Shown piece by piece: positions 55,441 through 63,219 of a stretch of 64,000 nucleotides of DNA (positions are counted from its first letter, which is position 1; the number at the start of each line of letters is the position of its first letter). Source of the DNA: Nitrosarchaeum sp. (GTDB lineage: Archaea > Thermoproteota > Nitrososphaeria > Nitrososphaerales > Nitrosopumilaceae). The position numbers were made by a program, and so were the translations under genes. The notes below the pieces were generated by a model. The model was not told the DNA's origin, ran no database searches, and saw only the letters and a program-made list of their open reading frames with translations. The DNA is taken from the NCBI GenBank assembly GCA_035703205.1, contig DASSYQ010000057.1:25369-89368 (forward strand), in the 5' to 3' direction.

Positions 55441-55668
55441 CTATTTACAATTTTTTTTATGTTTCCTTAGATCTTCTGAGGAATCAAATTCTGTGCCGCA
55501 TGCTCTACATCTTTCTTTTTTCTTGTTGTGTGCAACTTCTTGATGTTTTTTTAGCTTTTCTGGATCCGAAAGTACGGTTCCACACTTTTTGCACTTTGTC
55601 TCATTAGAACTACCAAACAATCCCATGTTTAGTATAGTATGACCTAGTAGAAAAACTAATTTTTCCAT
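55441..55668 (-). CDS. Classical C2H2-type zinc-finger protein (two fingers)
   Basis: Finger 1 is CKKCGTVLSDPEKLKKHQEVAH (C-x2-C-x12-H-x4-H). Finger 2 is CRACGTEFDSSEDLRKHKKNC (C-x2-C-x12-H-x3-C). Confidence 0.7.
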   Translation of the reverse strand: MEKLVFLLGHTILNMGLFGSSNETKCKKCGTVLSDPEKLKKHQEVAHNKKKERCRACGTEFDSSEDLRKHKKNCK

Positions 55669-55760
55669 TATAGATCACTCTGTTTTGATAAATTCTCAAA
55701 ACAAACAAAAAATCGCCAATTTAACAGATTATTTTTGCGAATACTTTCATAGGCGAAAAT

Positions 55761-56159
55761 ATGAACAAAATTATGGTTTCTAAACAATTTGAAGAGCAAT
55801 TTTACAAATTTTGTACTGATAATAATATTGAATGGGATGATAAGAAAAGAAGGTGGAGTAAGCCATTTCATCCCAAAATAAAAAATATCTGGGTTAAATC
55901 TGATAATGGAGATTTTCTAAACTCTTTACGTCCTAAAGAAAAAGGCTACTATGATTCTAAATTTTTGGGATGGGAACTTGGAGCCATAAAGAAAGAATAT
56001 TGTTTTTGGTGTGGCAGAATTATAGAGGAAAACAGAAAGAATGATCCACGTTCAGAAAGAGTAAAATTTTGTAACCCAGCACATAGAAAGGCATTTGGTA
56101 AAGTAAAAGCTGATCAAGAAAAACTAGGAAAATTGTTCACATCTAAACAAATATCTTAA
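55761..56159 (+). CDS. Hypothetical basic protein with a C-terminal zinc-ribbon-like motif
   Basis: CFWCGRIIEENRKNDPRSERVKFCNPAHRKAF (C-x2-C...C-x3-H) inside a Lys/Arg-rich 132-aa ORF. Confidence 0.4.
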   Translation: MNKIMVSKQFEEQFYKFCTDNNIEWDDKKRRWSKPFHPKIKNIWVKSDNGDFLNSLRPKEKGYYDSKFLGWELGAIKKEYCFWCGRIIEENRKNDPRSERVKFCNPAHRKAFGKVKADQEKLGKLFTSKQIS

Positions 56160-56160
56160 T

Positions 56161-56736
56161 TTATACTTCTGATTCTTCTAAATTTTTTCTTGGTTTAGTA
56201 CTAAGATAAAATGCATGAGCACTAATAATAAATGCGGCAAGGAAAACTTTTGTTGCAAAAACTAAATTCCACGGTCTATCCGGATCAGGATATGCAATTG
56301 ATAACATGTCTATATTTGGCATATTCCCTTCAATCATACCTGCAGTAATCTTTGCATTTAAGACCGTAAAATTGTATAATACCTCATAGAGTGTAATAAT
56401 TGCAAATCCTAATAACATTAGTTGAAGTAATGCCATTCTCCAACCAACAATTTTGTTTCCTGCAGTTCTTCTCCATCCTATTCTTGAAACACAATACCAT
56501 CCAATAATTGTAGAAAAAAATATCCAAGTAGAAATTCTTGAAAAATTCTCAAATGGTATGAAAGTATTTTGTATTACTTCGCCCATTACATACGTTCCAT
56601 TTTCCATCCATTCTACTGTAGTAATGTAAACTCCAAAAACAAGACTTGAAATCATTATGAATGCACAAACATAGAAAATGTATAGGTAAACTTTGTAACC
56701 GGCATCTGATTTTTCGAGATGACGTCGATTCATCAT
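56161..56736 (-). CDS. Integral membrane protein (about 5 TM helices), unknown function
   Basis: 191-aa track ORF with hydrophobic helices. The overlapping ORF 56549..56770 (-) is in another frame and looks spurious. Confidence 0.45.
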   Translation of the reverse strand: MMNRRHLEKSDAGYKVYLYIFYVCAFIMISSLVFGVYITTVEWMENGTYVMGEVIQNTFIPFENFSRISTWIFFSTIIGWYCVSRIGWRRTAGNKIVGWRMALLQLMLLGFAIITLYEVLYNFTVLNAKITAGMIEGNMPNIDMLSIAYPDPDRPWNLVFATKVFLAAFIISAHAFYLSTKPRKNLEESEV

Positions 56737-56815
56737 GCGAATTTCCTAATTTTGAAATATAAAAATTCATGCCTATTTCATGAGATTTATAGACTAGTTT
56801 TGGAGAGAATACCTA

Positions 56816-57904
56816 TTGAAAATTGCAATCAATATTCCATTCGTAGGTAAAGAAGAAATTACTGCAGTTACTTCCATTCTCAAAAAAGGGGCACTCACAT
56901 CAGCAGCTAGTCATGGAGGAGAACATGTACAAGCATTTGAAAAATCAGCATCAGAATTTATTAAATCAAAATATGTAATTGCTGTAAATTCTGGCACAGC
57001 GGCTTTGCAAGCTGCACTTTATGCTTTAGATATAAAAAAAGGAGATGAAGTACTTGTCCCATCTTTTACATTTGTTGCAACAGCTAATTCTGTAGTGTCC
57101 ACTGGAGCTAAACCTGTCTTTGTTGATATACTCAAAGAAAATTATACTATGGATCCTGATGATTTAGAAAAAAAGATTACTAAAAAGACTAAAGCAATTA
57201 TGCCAGTTCATCTTTATGGAAATGTAGCATTTCTTGATAGAATTTCAGAAATTGCTAAAAAACATAATTTGCCAATTATAGAAGACTCTGCACAATCATT
57301 AGGTTCTACGTATAAAGGAAAACATGCTGGAACTTTTTTTGATTTAGGTTGTTGGAGTATGTATCCTGCAAAAGTAATGACTGCAGGAGAAGGAGGATTT
57401 ATCGCAACAAACAATAAAAAATTACATGATAAACTACTGATGATTCGAAATCATGGAATGGTTCATGGATACGACACTAGAATATTTGGATTAAACCTAA
57501 GATTGCCGGAGATTAGTGCTGCAATCGCAACAATACAAATGAAAAAACTACCTAATTTTCTTAAAACAAGACAAAAGAATGCAAACCTTTTATCAAAATT
57601 GATTTCTGATTTGGATATTACGCTTCCACATCAAAGAAATTATGAAAATGTAAATTGGTATCTTTACACAATAGCTACTTCAAAACGAGACAAAATTTTA
57701 AAAAAACTTAATGCTAAAGGAATTGGTGCAGCCTCTTACTATCCAATTCCAGTTCATAAAACACCATTTTATCAACAAAAAATCAAACTTCCGATAACAG
57801 AATGGGCATCATCCCATGTTTTATCTCTACCAATACACCCTAAAGTTACTAGTAAAAATATTGAATTTATAGCAAAAACCCTTCGTGAAATACTAAATGA
57901 ATAG
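56816..57904 (+). CDS. DegT/DnrJ/EryC1/StrS-family PLP-dependent sugar aminotransferase
   Basis: NSGTAALQAAL, PSFTFVATAN, EDSAQSLGS and the Lys context SMYPAKVMTAGEGG. TTG start. Confidence 0.85.
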   Translation: MKIAINIPFVGKEEITAVTSILKKGALTSAASHGGEHVQAFEKSASEFIKSKYVIAVNSGTAALQAALYALDIKKGDEVLVPSFTFVATANSVVSTGAKPVFVDILKENYTMDPDDLEKKITKKTKAIMPVHLYGNVAFLDRISEIAKKHNLPIIEDSAQSLGSTYKGKHAGTFFDLGCWSMYPAKVMTAGEGGFIATNNKKLHDKLLMIRNHGMVHGYDTRIFGLNLRLPEISAAIATIQMKKLPNFLKTRQKNANLLSKLISDLDITLPHQRNYENVNWYLYTIATSKRDKILKKLNAKGIGAASYYPIPVHKTPFYQQKIKLPITEWASSHVLSLPIHPKVTSKNIEFIAKTLREILNE

Positions 57905-58367
57905 TCTTGAAAATGTAATTGGAGAATTATGCAAGGTCATATTGCCAATTCCTGAAGAATCGTACATAGGAAATACTGATTCTTCAGTAGCAATTTGTAC
58001 GCTTTCAAGTATGGAATTACTCAAAAAAATTTCAAATTCTGAACTTTTAAATCATATTTACATTGTTGGAAGACTACTTTCTGAAAACAAAGGTATTGAT
58101 TCTATAATTAAATATGTAAATCAGAATAAAAAAATTAAAACCATTATAGTTTGTGGCAAAGAAGTTTGGGGTCATAAAACTGGTCACTCTCTATTTGAAT
58201 TACATAAAAATGGAATTGATAATCACGGAAGAATAATTAATTCAACTAGTCCTAATCCAATTCTTACTGTAACTAAATCAGAAATAAAATATTTTCAAAA
58301 TGAAATTAATCTTGTAAATATGATCAATGAAGTAAATTTTGACACAATCAAACAATTTGTAATCTAA
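57897..58367 (+). CDS. MtrA-like protein (homologue of the cobamide-binding domain of tetrahydromethanopterin S-methyltransferase subunit A), soluble
   Basis: VAICTLSS...GRLLSENKGIDSIIKYVNQNKKIKTIIVCGKEVWGHKTGHSLFELHKNGIDNHGRII parallels methanogen MtrA (...[43 protein letters not shown].DGRIV, recalled). No C-terminal TM helix. Confidence 0.6.
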   Translation: MNSLENVIGELCKVILPIPEESYIGNTDSSVAICTLSSMELLKKISNSELLNHIYIVGRLLSENKGIDSIIKYVNQNKKIKTIIVCGKEVWGHKTGHSLFELHKNGIDNHGRIINSTSPNPILTVTKSEIKYFQNEINLVNMINEVNFDTIKQFVI

Positions 58368-58708
58368 TATCCTTTTCTTTGCCTTTCTCGATTTATCTCA
58401 TTTTTCTTCTTGTATTCTTCAAGAATATCATCAGGAGTCAAATTTAGTTCTAATGACGCCTGAATTACAAAATGCCAAATATCAATTAATTCTTCTCTTG
58501 CTTCAGCTACATTAAATGGAATTGGAGTTTTCCACCACTTCCAATTTGTAGTTCTTTGTAGTTCTACTGCTTCATGCATAATTGCAGTACATAATGCAGA
58601 AATTCGTCCTTCAGAATCTTTTGGATATCTATCATGCTTCATCATTTCTGCTAAACCTTTTTGTAGTTTGAATATGGTTTCTAAACGATCTTCTATTTTT
58701 TCAGACAT
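58364..58708 (-). CDS. All-alpha NTP pyrophosphohydrolase (dimeric dUTPase / MazG-like)
   Basis: HEAVELQRTTNWKWWK and EELIDIWHFV correspond to the E-x-x-E / E-x-x-D metal motifs of dimeric dUTPase-like enzymes. Confidence 0.6.
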   Translation of the reverse strand: MSEKIEDRLETIFKLQKGLAEMMKHDRYPKDSEGRISALCTAIMHEAVELQRTTNWKWWKTPIPFNVAEAREELIDIWHFVIQASLELNLTPDDILEEYKKKNEINRERQRKGY

Positions 58709-58758
58709 ATCTTATGAGTATTCAATTCATCTGCAGAAATTATGGAACTTAAATCTTT

Positions 58759-59652
58759 TTAGAAACGGATCATTTTTTCATACAGTTTAACTCGTTTTGT
58801 AATATCTGTTTTTTTAATCTGTAGTAATCCATCTAATCCATATTTCTCAACAGCAAAAGAACCTAAAACATTTCCATAAACTACAGCCTTTTTAATATCT
58901 GATAAATTGGTTGAATTTTTACTAGCTAAATATCCTATCATTGCACCTGCAAAAGAATCTCCAGCACCTGTAGGATCAACTACATCTTCCAACGAAAATC
59001 CTGCAGATGGAAATATCACATCATCAAAAAACATCATTGACCCATGTTCACCTTTTTTAATAATTACATATTTTGCGCCCCACTCCATCATTTTTTTTGC
59101 ACATTTGATCAAATTGAATTCTTTTGTTAGTAGTTTTGCTTCTTCGTCATTTATCACAACAGCATCTACAGCTTTAATCATCTTAATTACTGACTCTCTT
59201 TTTGTAGATATCCAAAATTCAATAGTATCACACATTGAAAATTTTACTTTGTCAAATTCTTTGATAAGATTAGAATTTTGATCAGGATCATTATTTGCTA
59301 AATACACAAATTGTGATTTTCTATATTCTTCAGGAACTGCAGGTTTGAAATCTGCAAGTACATTAAGCTCAGTTTTCAAAGTTTCTCTGGAACTAAGTGT
59401 TTTATCATAACTTCCATCATAACGAAAAGTTTTCCCCTCTTTTACAGTCAATCCACGTAAATCAAGATATTTTGATAAAATTTTATAATACTCATTAGGA
59501 AAATCTTTTCCTACCACTGCTATCAATCCGGTATTTACAAAATTACTTGCTGATATAGCTGCAAACGTTGCAGCTCCACCCAGAACATCTTTCAAAGTTT
59601 TTTTGGGAGTTCTGATAGTATCTAACGCAGTTGAACCAAATACAGTTAACAT
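58759..59652 (-). CDS. PfkB-family carbohydrate/nucleoside kinase
   Basis: N-terminal GGAA motif (LGGAATFAA). The C-terminal anion-hole motif is DPTGAGDSFAGAMIGYL. Confidence 0.85.
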   Translation of the reverse strand: MLTVFGSTALDTIRTPKKTLKDVLGGAATFAAISASNFVNTGLIAVVGKDFPNEYYKILSKYLDLRGLTVKEGKTFRYDGSYDKTLSSRETLKTELNVLADFKPAVPEEYRKSQFVYLANNDPDQNSNLIKEFDKVKFSMCDTIEFWISTKRESVIKMIKAVDAVVINDEEAKLLTKEFNLIKCAKKMMEWGAKYVIIKKGEHGSMMFFDDVIFPSAGFSLEDVVDPTGAGDSFAGAMIGYLASKNSTNLSDIKKAVVYGNVLGSFAVEKYGLDGLLQIKKTDITKRVKLYEKMIRF

Positions 59653-59663
59653 TCTTTAAAAAA

Positions 59664-60128
59664 CTAATTTGGATGTATAAATTCTCTTGCTTGCTCTTCT
59701 GTTGGATAAAATACAAAAGGCACTTCAACAGATGTAAAAATTACATTATATTTTGTAACTCCGCTTATCTTTACTGAAGAGACTTCTGAATCTACATTCG
59801 TATCCCTTAGAAAAGTACCACTTACAGAGCTACTTCCTAACGCTGGAAGTACAAATGATTCTAACTCTCCTTTTCCAATCATTTCTTCATCCGCTATTAC
59901 AAAAAACTCTGTTTCCCCTGCCGTCAAAACCAATAATGATGGATTGCTAAATTCTAATTCAACATCGTAAGTTGAGCCTTTTTCATTCTCCTCAAGAAGG
60001 TGACTCTGTGTAATTATTACGCCTATTTGTGAGGCTGATGCATACTGAGAATATCCAAAAAGACCCATGCCTATAACAAAAACTATGATTATTCCCTTTA
60101 CTGAAGATCGCATGTAATAACATCTCAA
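59664..60128 (-). CDS. Membrane-anchored beta-sandwich protein, possibly LEA_2/WHy-like
   Basis: N-terminal TM helix. YDVELEFSNPSLLVLTAGETEFFVIADEEMIGKGELESFVLPALGSSSVSGTF resembles the NPN...G.G pattern of LEA_2 domains. Confidence 0.35.
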   Translation of the reverse strand: MRCYYMRSSVKGIIIVFVIGMGLFGYSQYASASQIGVIITQSHLLEENEKGSTYDVELEFSNPSLLVLTAGETEFFVIADEEMIGKGELESFVLPALGSSSVSGTFLRDTNVDSEVSSVKISGVTKYNVIFTSVEVPFVFYPTEEQAREFIHPN

Positions 60129-60246
60129 AATTGCTTTTTAACCAAATAGAAAAAAAATCTAATTTATGTGTGTAAAATTTTTGATCTAATCTTAAAGCTC
60201 ATTAGAGCTAGCAGAATAAATCAAAACCTTTCGATTTAGGAGGTAG

Positions 60247-60735
60247 ATGGCTAGAATAAAACTCAAACTTGGTGAGAATGAAATTGAGGTTGACTCTAGA
60301 GATTTCTATGTTGATAATCAAACTTTAGGCGAAATTATTGAAAATATATCAAATCACATACACGCAAATCAAGCAAAAATTATTTATGAAAATAAAAATG
60401 AAGTTACAAAATCAGGAGAATCAATACAATTTAATCAATACGGTCTAGAATATTTGGATGATGCGGAAGCATATGAACCAGAATTCAATGAACCAAAACC
60501 AATTGGTTTGCATGAAATTAAAGCTAAACTGAGAATATTAGAAACCAGTAAATTCTTTGATTCACCAAGGACAGTTACAGAAACAGTTCAACAACTAAGA
60601 GAATATGGATGGAGTGCCAGTCCTTTAGATGTATCGAAAGCCTTAGCAAAGATGGCATCTAATAAAGAAATTTTAAAAAATTCACAAGAAAATAGAGCAC
60701 ATTATTTTGTTCAAAATGCTTTAGTATCTAACTAA
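60247..60735 (+). CDS. Hypothetical protein with a C-terminal winged-helix-like region; same architecture as 10100..10495
   Basis: An AGGAGGT motif lies 4 nt upstream of the ATG. The N-terminus is MARIKLKLGENEIEVD and the C-terminus is TVTETVQQLREYGWSASPLDVSKALAKMASNKEIL. Confidence 0.45.
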   Translation: MARIKLKLGENEIEVDSRDFYVDNQTLGEIIENISNHIHANQAKIIYENKNEVTKSGESIQFNQYGLEYLDDAEAYEPEFNEPKPIGLHEIKAKLRILETSKFFDSPRTVTETVQQLREYGWSASPLDVSKALAKMASNKEILKNSQENRAHYFVQNALVSN

Positions 60736-60914
60736 AACTGACATTTTTCACAACTATCAAAAACTTCTCCATCTAAATGATCAAAATGTGTATTACATTG
60801 TCTGCATGTGTGATGCATATCAAAATACCCATCTTTCTCAATTTGTCCAACTCTGTTTGATTCAAGATCTGTACTTTTACATTTGATGCAGTGACATCCA
60901 CATTCAATTTTCAT
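60732..60914 (-). CDS. Cys/His-rich small zinc-ribbon protein (60 aa)
   Basis: 8 Cys in CGCHCIKC ... CRQC ... CEKC pairs, plus several His. Confidence 0.5.
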   Translation of the reverse strand: MKIECGCHCIKCKSTDLESNRVGQIEKDGYFDMHHTCRQCNTHFDHLDGEVFDSCEKCQF

Positions 60915-60963
60915 AATTTTATCTCCGATAATCTATGTATAGTTGCCTTACATATACAAATTA

Positions 60964-61119
60964 TTGGGAAAGAAACGTGAAATCCCACTTGAGATTGATG
61001 ATCATTTCAAACTTTATGGAAAAGAACCATGGGAAGTAGATTATGGAGAAAAATGTACGATCTGCAATGTTAGAATTGATGAATATGGTTTTTGTTCTTG
61101 TGGATCAGGTGGGGAATAA
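60964..61119 (+). CDS. Possible small zinc-binding protein (51 aa from the TTG; 34 aa from the internal ATG)
   Basis: My translation is LGKKREIPLEIDDHFKLYGKEPWEVDYGEKCTICNVRIDEYGFCSCGSGGE. It has a C-x2-C...C-x-C motif. It is below the track cut-off and the start is uncertain. Confidence 0.3.
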   Translation: MGKKREIPLEIDDHFKLYGKEPWEVDYGEKCTICNVRIDEYGFCSCGSGGE

Positions 61120-61181
61120 TTTTACTATCTGGCACAAAAAAACTTTAAAAATTAATTTTGATGCTTGTATTTTTTAGAGAA

Positions 61182-62186
61182 TTAATCCATCTTAAGATCT
61201 TGTGTATTATTGTCTTGGATTACTCCGGAATTTACTGCTGTTTTCTTTTTTCTTATCATAATCACCATAACTATAAGTCCAACTGACACAATAACTCCAA
61301 GTAGAATATAGACAATGTCTTGATTCATGTTTGATGTTGAAGGATTATCTTGTATGGAGGTTTTTTCATCATTGATACCCATAGCATCTATAATTGACAC
61401 AATTCCTGAACTATCTGGTCTTATGTTTAGCCAAACATGTGTTCCATTATCGATGTATTTATTAAAATATATTTTTTCATCTCCTATGAATACATTATAC
61501 TGATTTGGTAATAATTCACTAGGAATTATTGTTGTTACAAATTGATTTTCACCATTAACTTTGAAACTGATCTTTTTTGTTAATTGATCAAAATTAAATT
61601 GATCTATTTCTGCAAATGTTCTTATTTCAATTAAATGTTCTTTATTATCAAATTCTATATTTTTTAATATTCTTGGTTCATCAATTGAGTATTCTAAAAT
61701 CATTTGACAACCATGACATGCAATTCCTTTCTTTTCGTCTAAATATACCGGTCTATTGTTTACAAAAATTAAATCTACTTCCTCAGGAACTATAAAAGAT
61801 GTTGTTTGAAGATATCTAAAATCCCAAGTCCATACATTATTTTTTAGAAAAAGAACATCTTCAAGATCATATTCTATAATTGTATCTGCTCGTGATGGAT
61901 TAATCATAACACTATCATTATCACCAATAATTCCAAATTGTTTCTCATTTCCTTCCTCATCTGAAACTTTAAGATTAGTTACTGTTCCGTCAATCAATTC
62001 TATTTGTTTGGGTGAATTTGATAAAGCAATTACATGATTCACATGAATCTCCCCTGATGAACCAATTACAACTTTTACTGATTTTTGTTCTGTATTTTCT
62101 CCAATGGAAATTTCTTGGGCATTAACTGTAGGAATAACTATTGTCAATACTAGTATTATGAAAAAACCAACCAGTTTCGAATTCAT
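61182..62186 (-). CDS. Secreted protein with a C-terminal membrane anchor, unknown function
   Basis: Signal peptide ...PTVNA|QE, a ~270-aa beta-rich ectodomain, a TM helix (IVYILLGVIVSVGLIVMVIMI) and then RKKK. Its start abuts the upstream cyclophilin stop with no gap. Confidence 0.55.
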   Translation of the reverse strand: MNSKLVGFFIILVLTIVIPTVNAQEISIGENTEQKSVKVVIGSSGEIHVNHVIALSNSPKQIELIDGTVTNLKVSDEEGNEKQFGIIGDNDSVMINPSRADTIIEYDLEDVLFLKNNVWTWDFRYLQTTSFIVPEEVDLIFVNNRPVYLDEKKGIACHGCQMILEYSIDEPRILKNIEFDNKEHLIEIRTFAEIDQFNFDQLTKKISFKVNGENQFVTTIIPSELLPNQYNVFIGDEKIYFNKYIDNGTHVWLNIRPDSSGIVSIIDAMGINDEKTSIQDNPSTSNMNQDIVYILLGVIVSVGLIVMVIMIRKKKTAVNSGVIQDNNTQDLKMD

Positions 62187-62663
62187 TTATTCCACTTTAA
62201 CATGAAGCATTTTTGCCTCTTGAAGAGGACAATCATTACGATCTCTTTGTAAATTTACAATTTTATCTGCAACATCCATTCCTTCTATTACTTCACCAAA
62301 TACCGTATATTGTCTATCTAGAAATGTACTATCTGTTGTAACTATGAAAAATTGTGAACCTGCACTATTTGGATCCTGTGCTCTAGCCATAGAAACAATG
62401 CCACGATGATGTGATCTTGAACTAAATTCAGCCTTGATAGTATATCCTGGTCCTCCCATTCCCCAAGTGCTCTTATTTCCACTCTTTGTATTTGGATCTC
62501 CTCCCTGAATCATAAATCCAGGAATAACTCTATGAAATAGTGTACCGTTATAGAATCCGTCTCTCGCTAATTTCTCAAAATTTCTAACTGTTTCTGGGGC
62601 TAATTCAGGAAGTAATTTGAATACAATTTTTCCTAAATTAGTTTCAATAATTGCTGTACTCAA
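62187..62663 (-). CDS. Cytoplasmic cyclophilin-type peptidyl-prolyl isomerase
   Basis: FHRVIPGFMIQGGDP, GIVSMARA and GSQFFIV. No signal peptide. TTG start. Confidence 0.9.
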   Translation of the reverse strand: MSTAIIETNLGKIVFKLLPELAPETVRNFEKLARDGFYNGTLFHRVIPGFMIQGGDPNTKSGNKSTWGMGGPGYTIKAEFSSRSHHRGIVSMARAQDPNSAGSQFFIVTTDSTFLDRQYTVFGEVIEGMDVADKIVNLQRDRNDCPLQEAKMLHVKVE

Positions 62664-62907
62664 CAGGTGTCATTTACAGTCTTATCATAAGAGTCTTTTT
62701 GTAATAAATAATTTAAAATTCTTATAGACAGTTATTATAATTTGAAAAATTCGTAATAATCAGTACGTTTTTCGTTAATAAAATAATTATTTAATTATTG
62801 AATAATTTTTGTTCTAAAATATTTTCTAAATATTAATACTTGAACTAAAAATTAAACAATTTCAAAAAGTAATAGTCTTATATAGAACAACTAAAATTTA
62901 GAATTCG

Positions 62908-63135
62908 TTGAATCGTACAAACCAAAGCACGATCATTAAAGAAGCAATTAATTCTTATCTTGACAAAGGGGTAACTGACAAACAGGATATCTATACCAAA
63001 GTCGTAGATGAACTTGGTGTTCCAAGACCTACTGTTAGAAGGGTCGCAAGAGATTTGAGAAATGAATTACTACAAAAAATCCAGATCTTACAATCAGATA
63101 TGCCTAAAACATCTACTTCTGAAGAAGACGAATAA
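62908..63135 (+). CDS. Small helix-turn-helix protein (75 aa)
   Basis: VVDELGVPRPTVRRVARDLRNEL is a plausible HTH, followed by an acidic tail. TTG start. Confidence 0.4.
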   Translation: MNRTNQSTIIKEAINSYLDKGVTDKQDIYTKVVDELGVPRPTVRRVARDLRNELLQKIQILQSDMPKTSTSEEDE

Positions 63136-63219
63136 ACTAGGCTCTTTTTTTCTTTTTACTTAATATCGATTTTTAATATCAGCATTACTGTTATAAACAA
63201 TGAATTTTTCAAATAATTT

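Noticed and set aside
55419-55871. Track ORFs 55419..55607 (+) and 55668..55871 (-).
   Set aside because: The first is antisense to the C2H2 zinc-finger gene, whose motif spacing is exact. The second overlaps the 5' end of 55761..56159 and is F/I/L/K/N-rich like translated AT-rich spacer.
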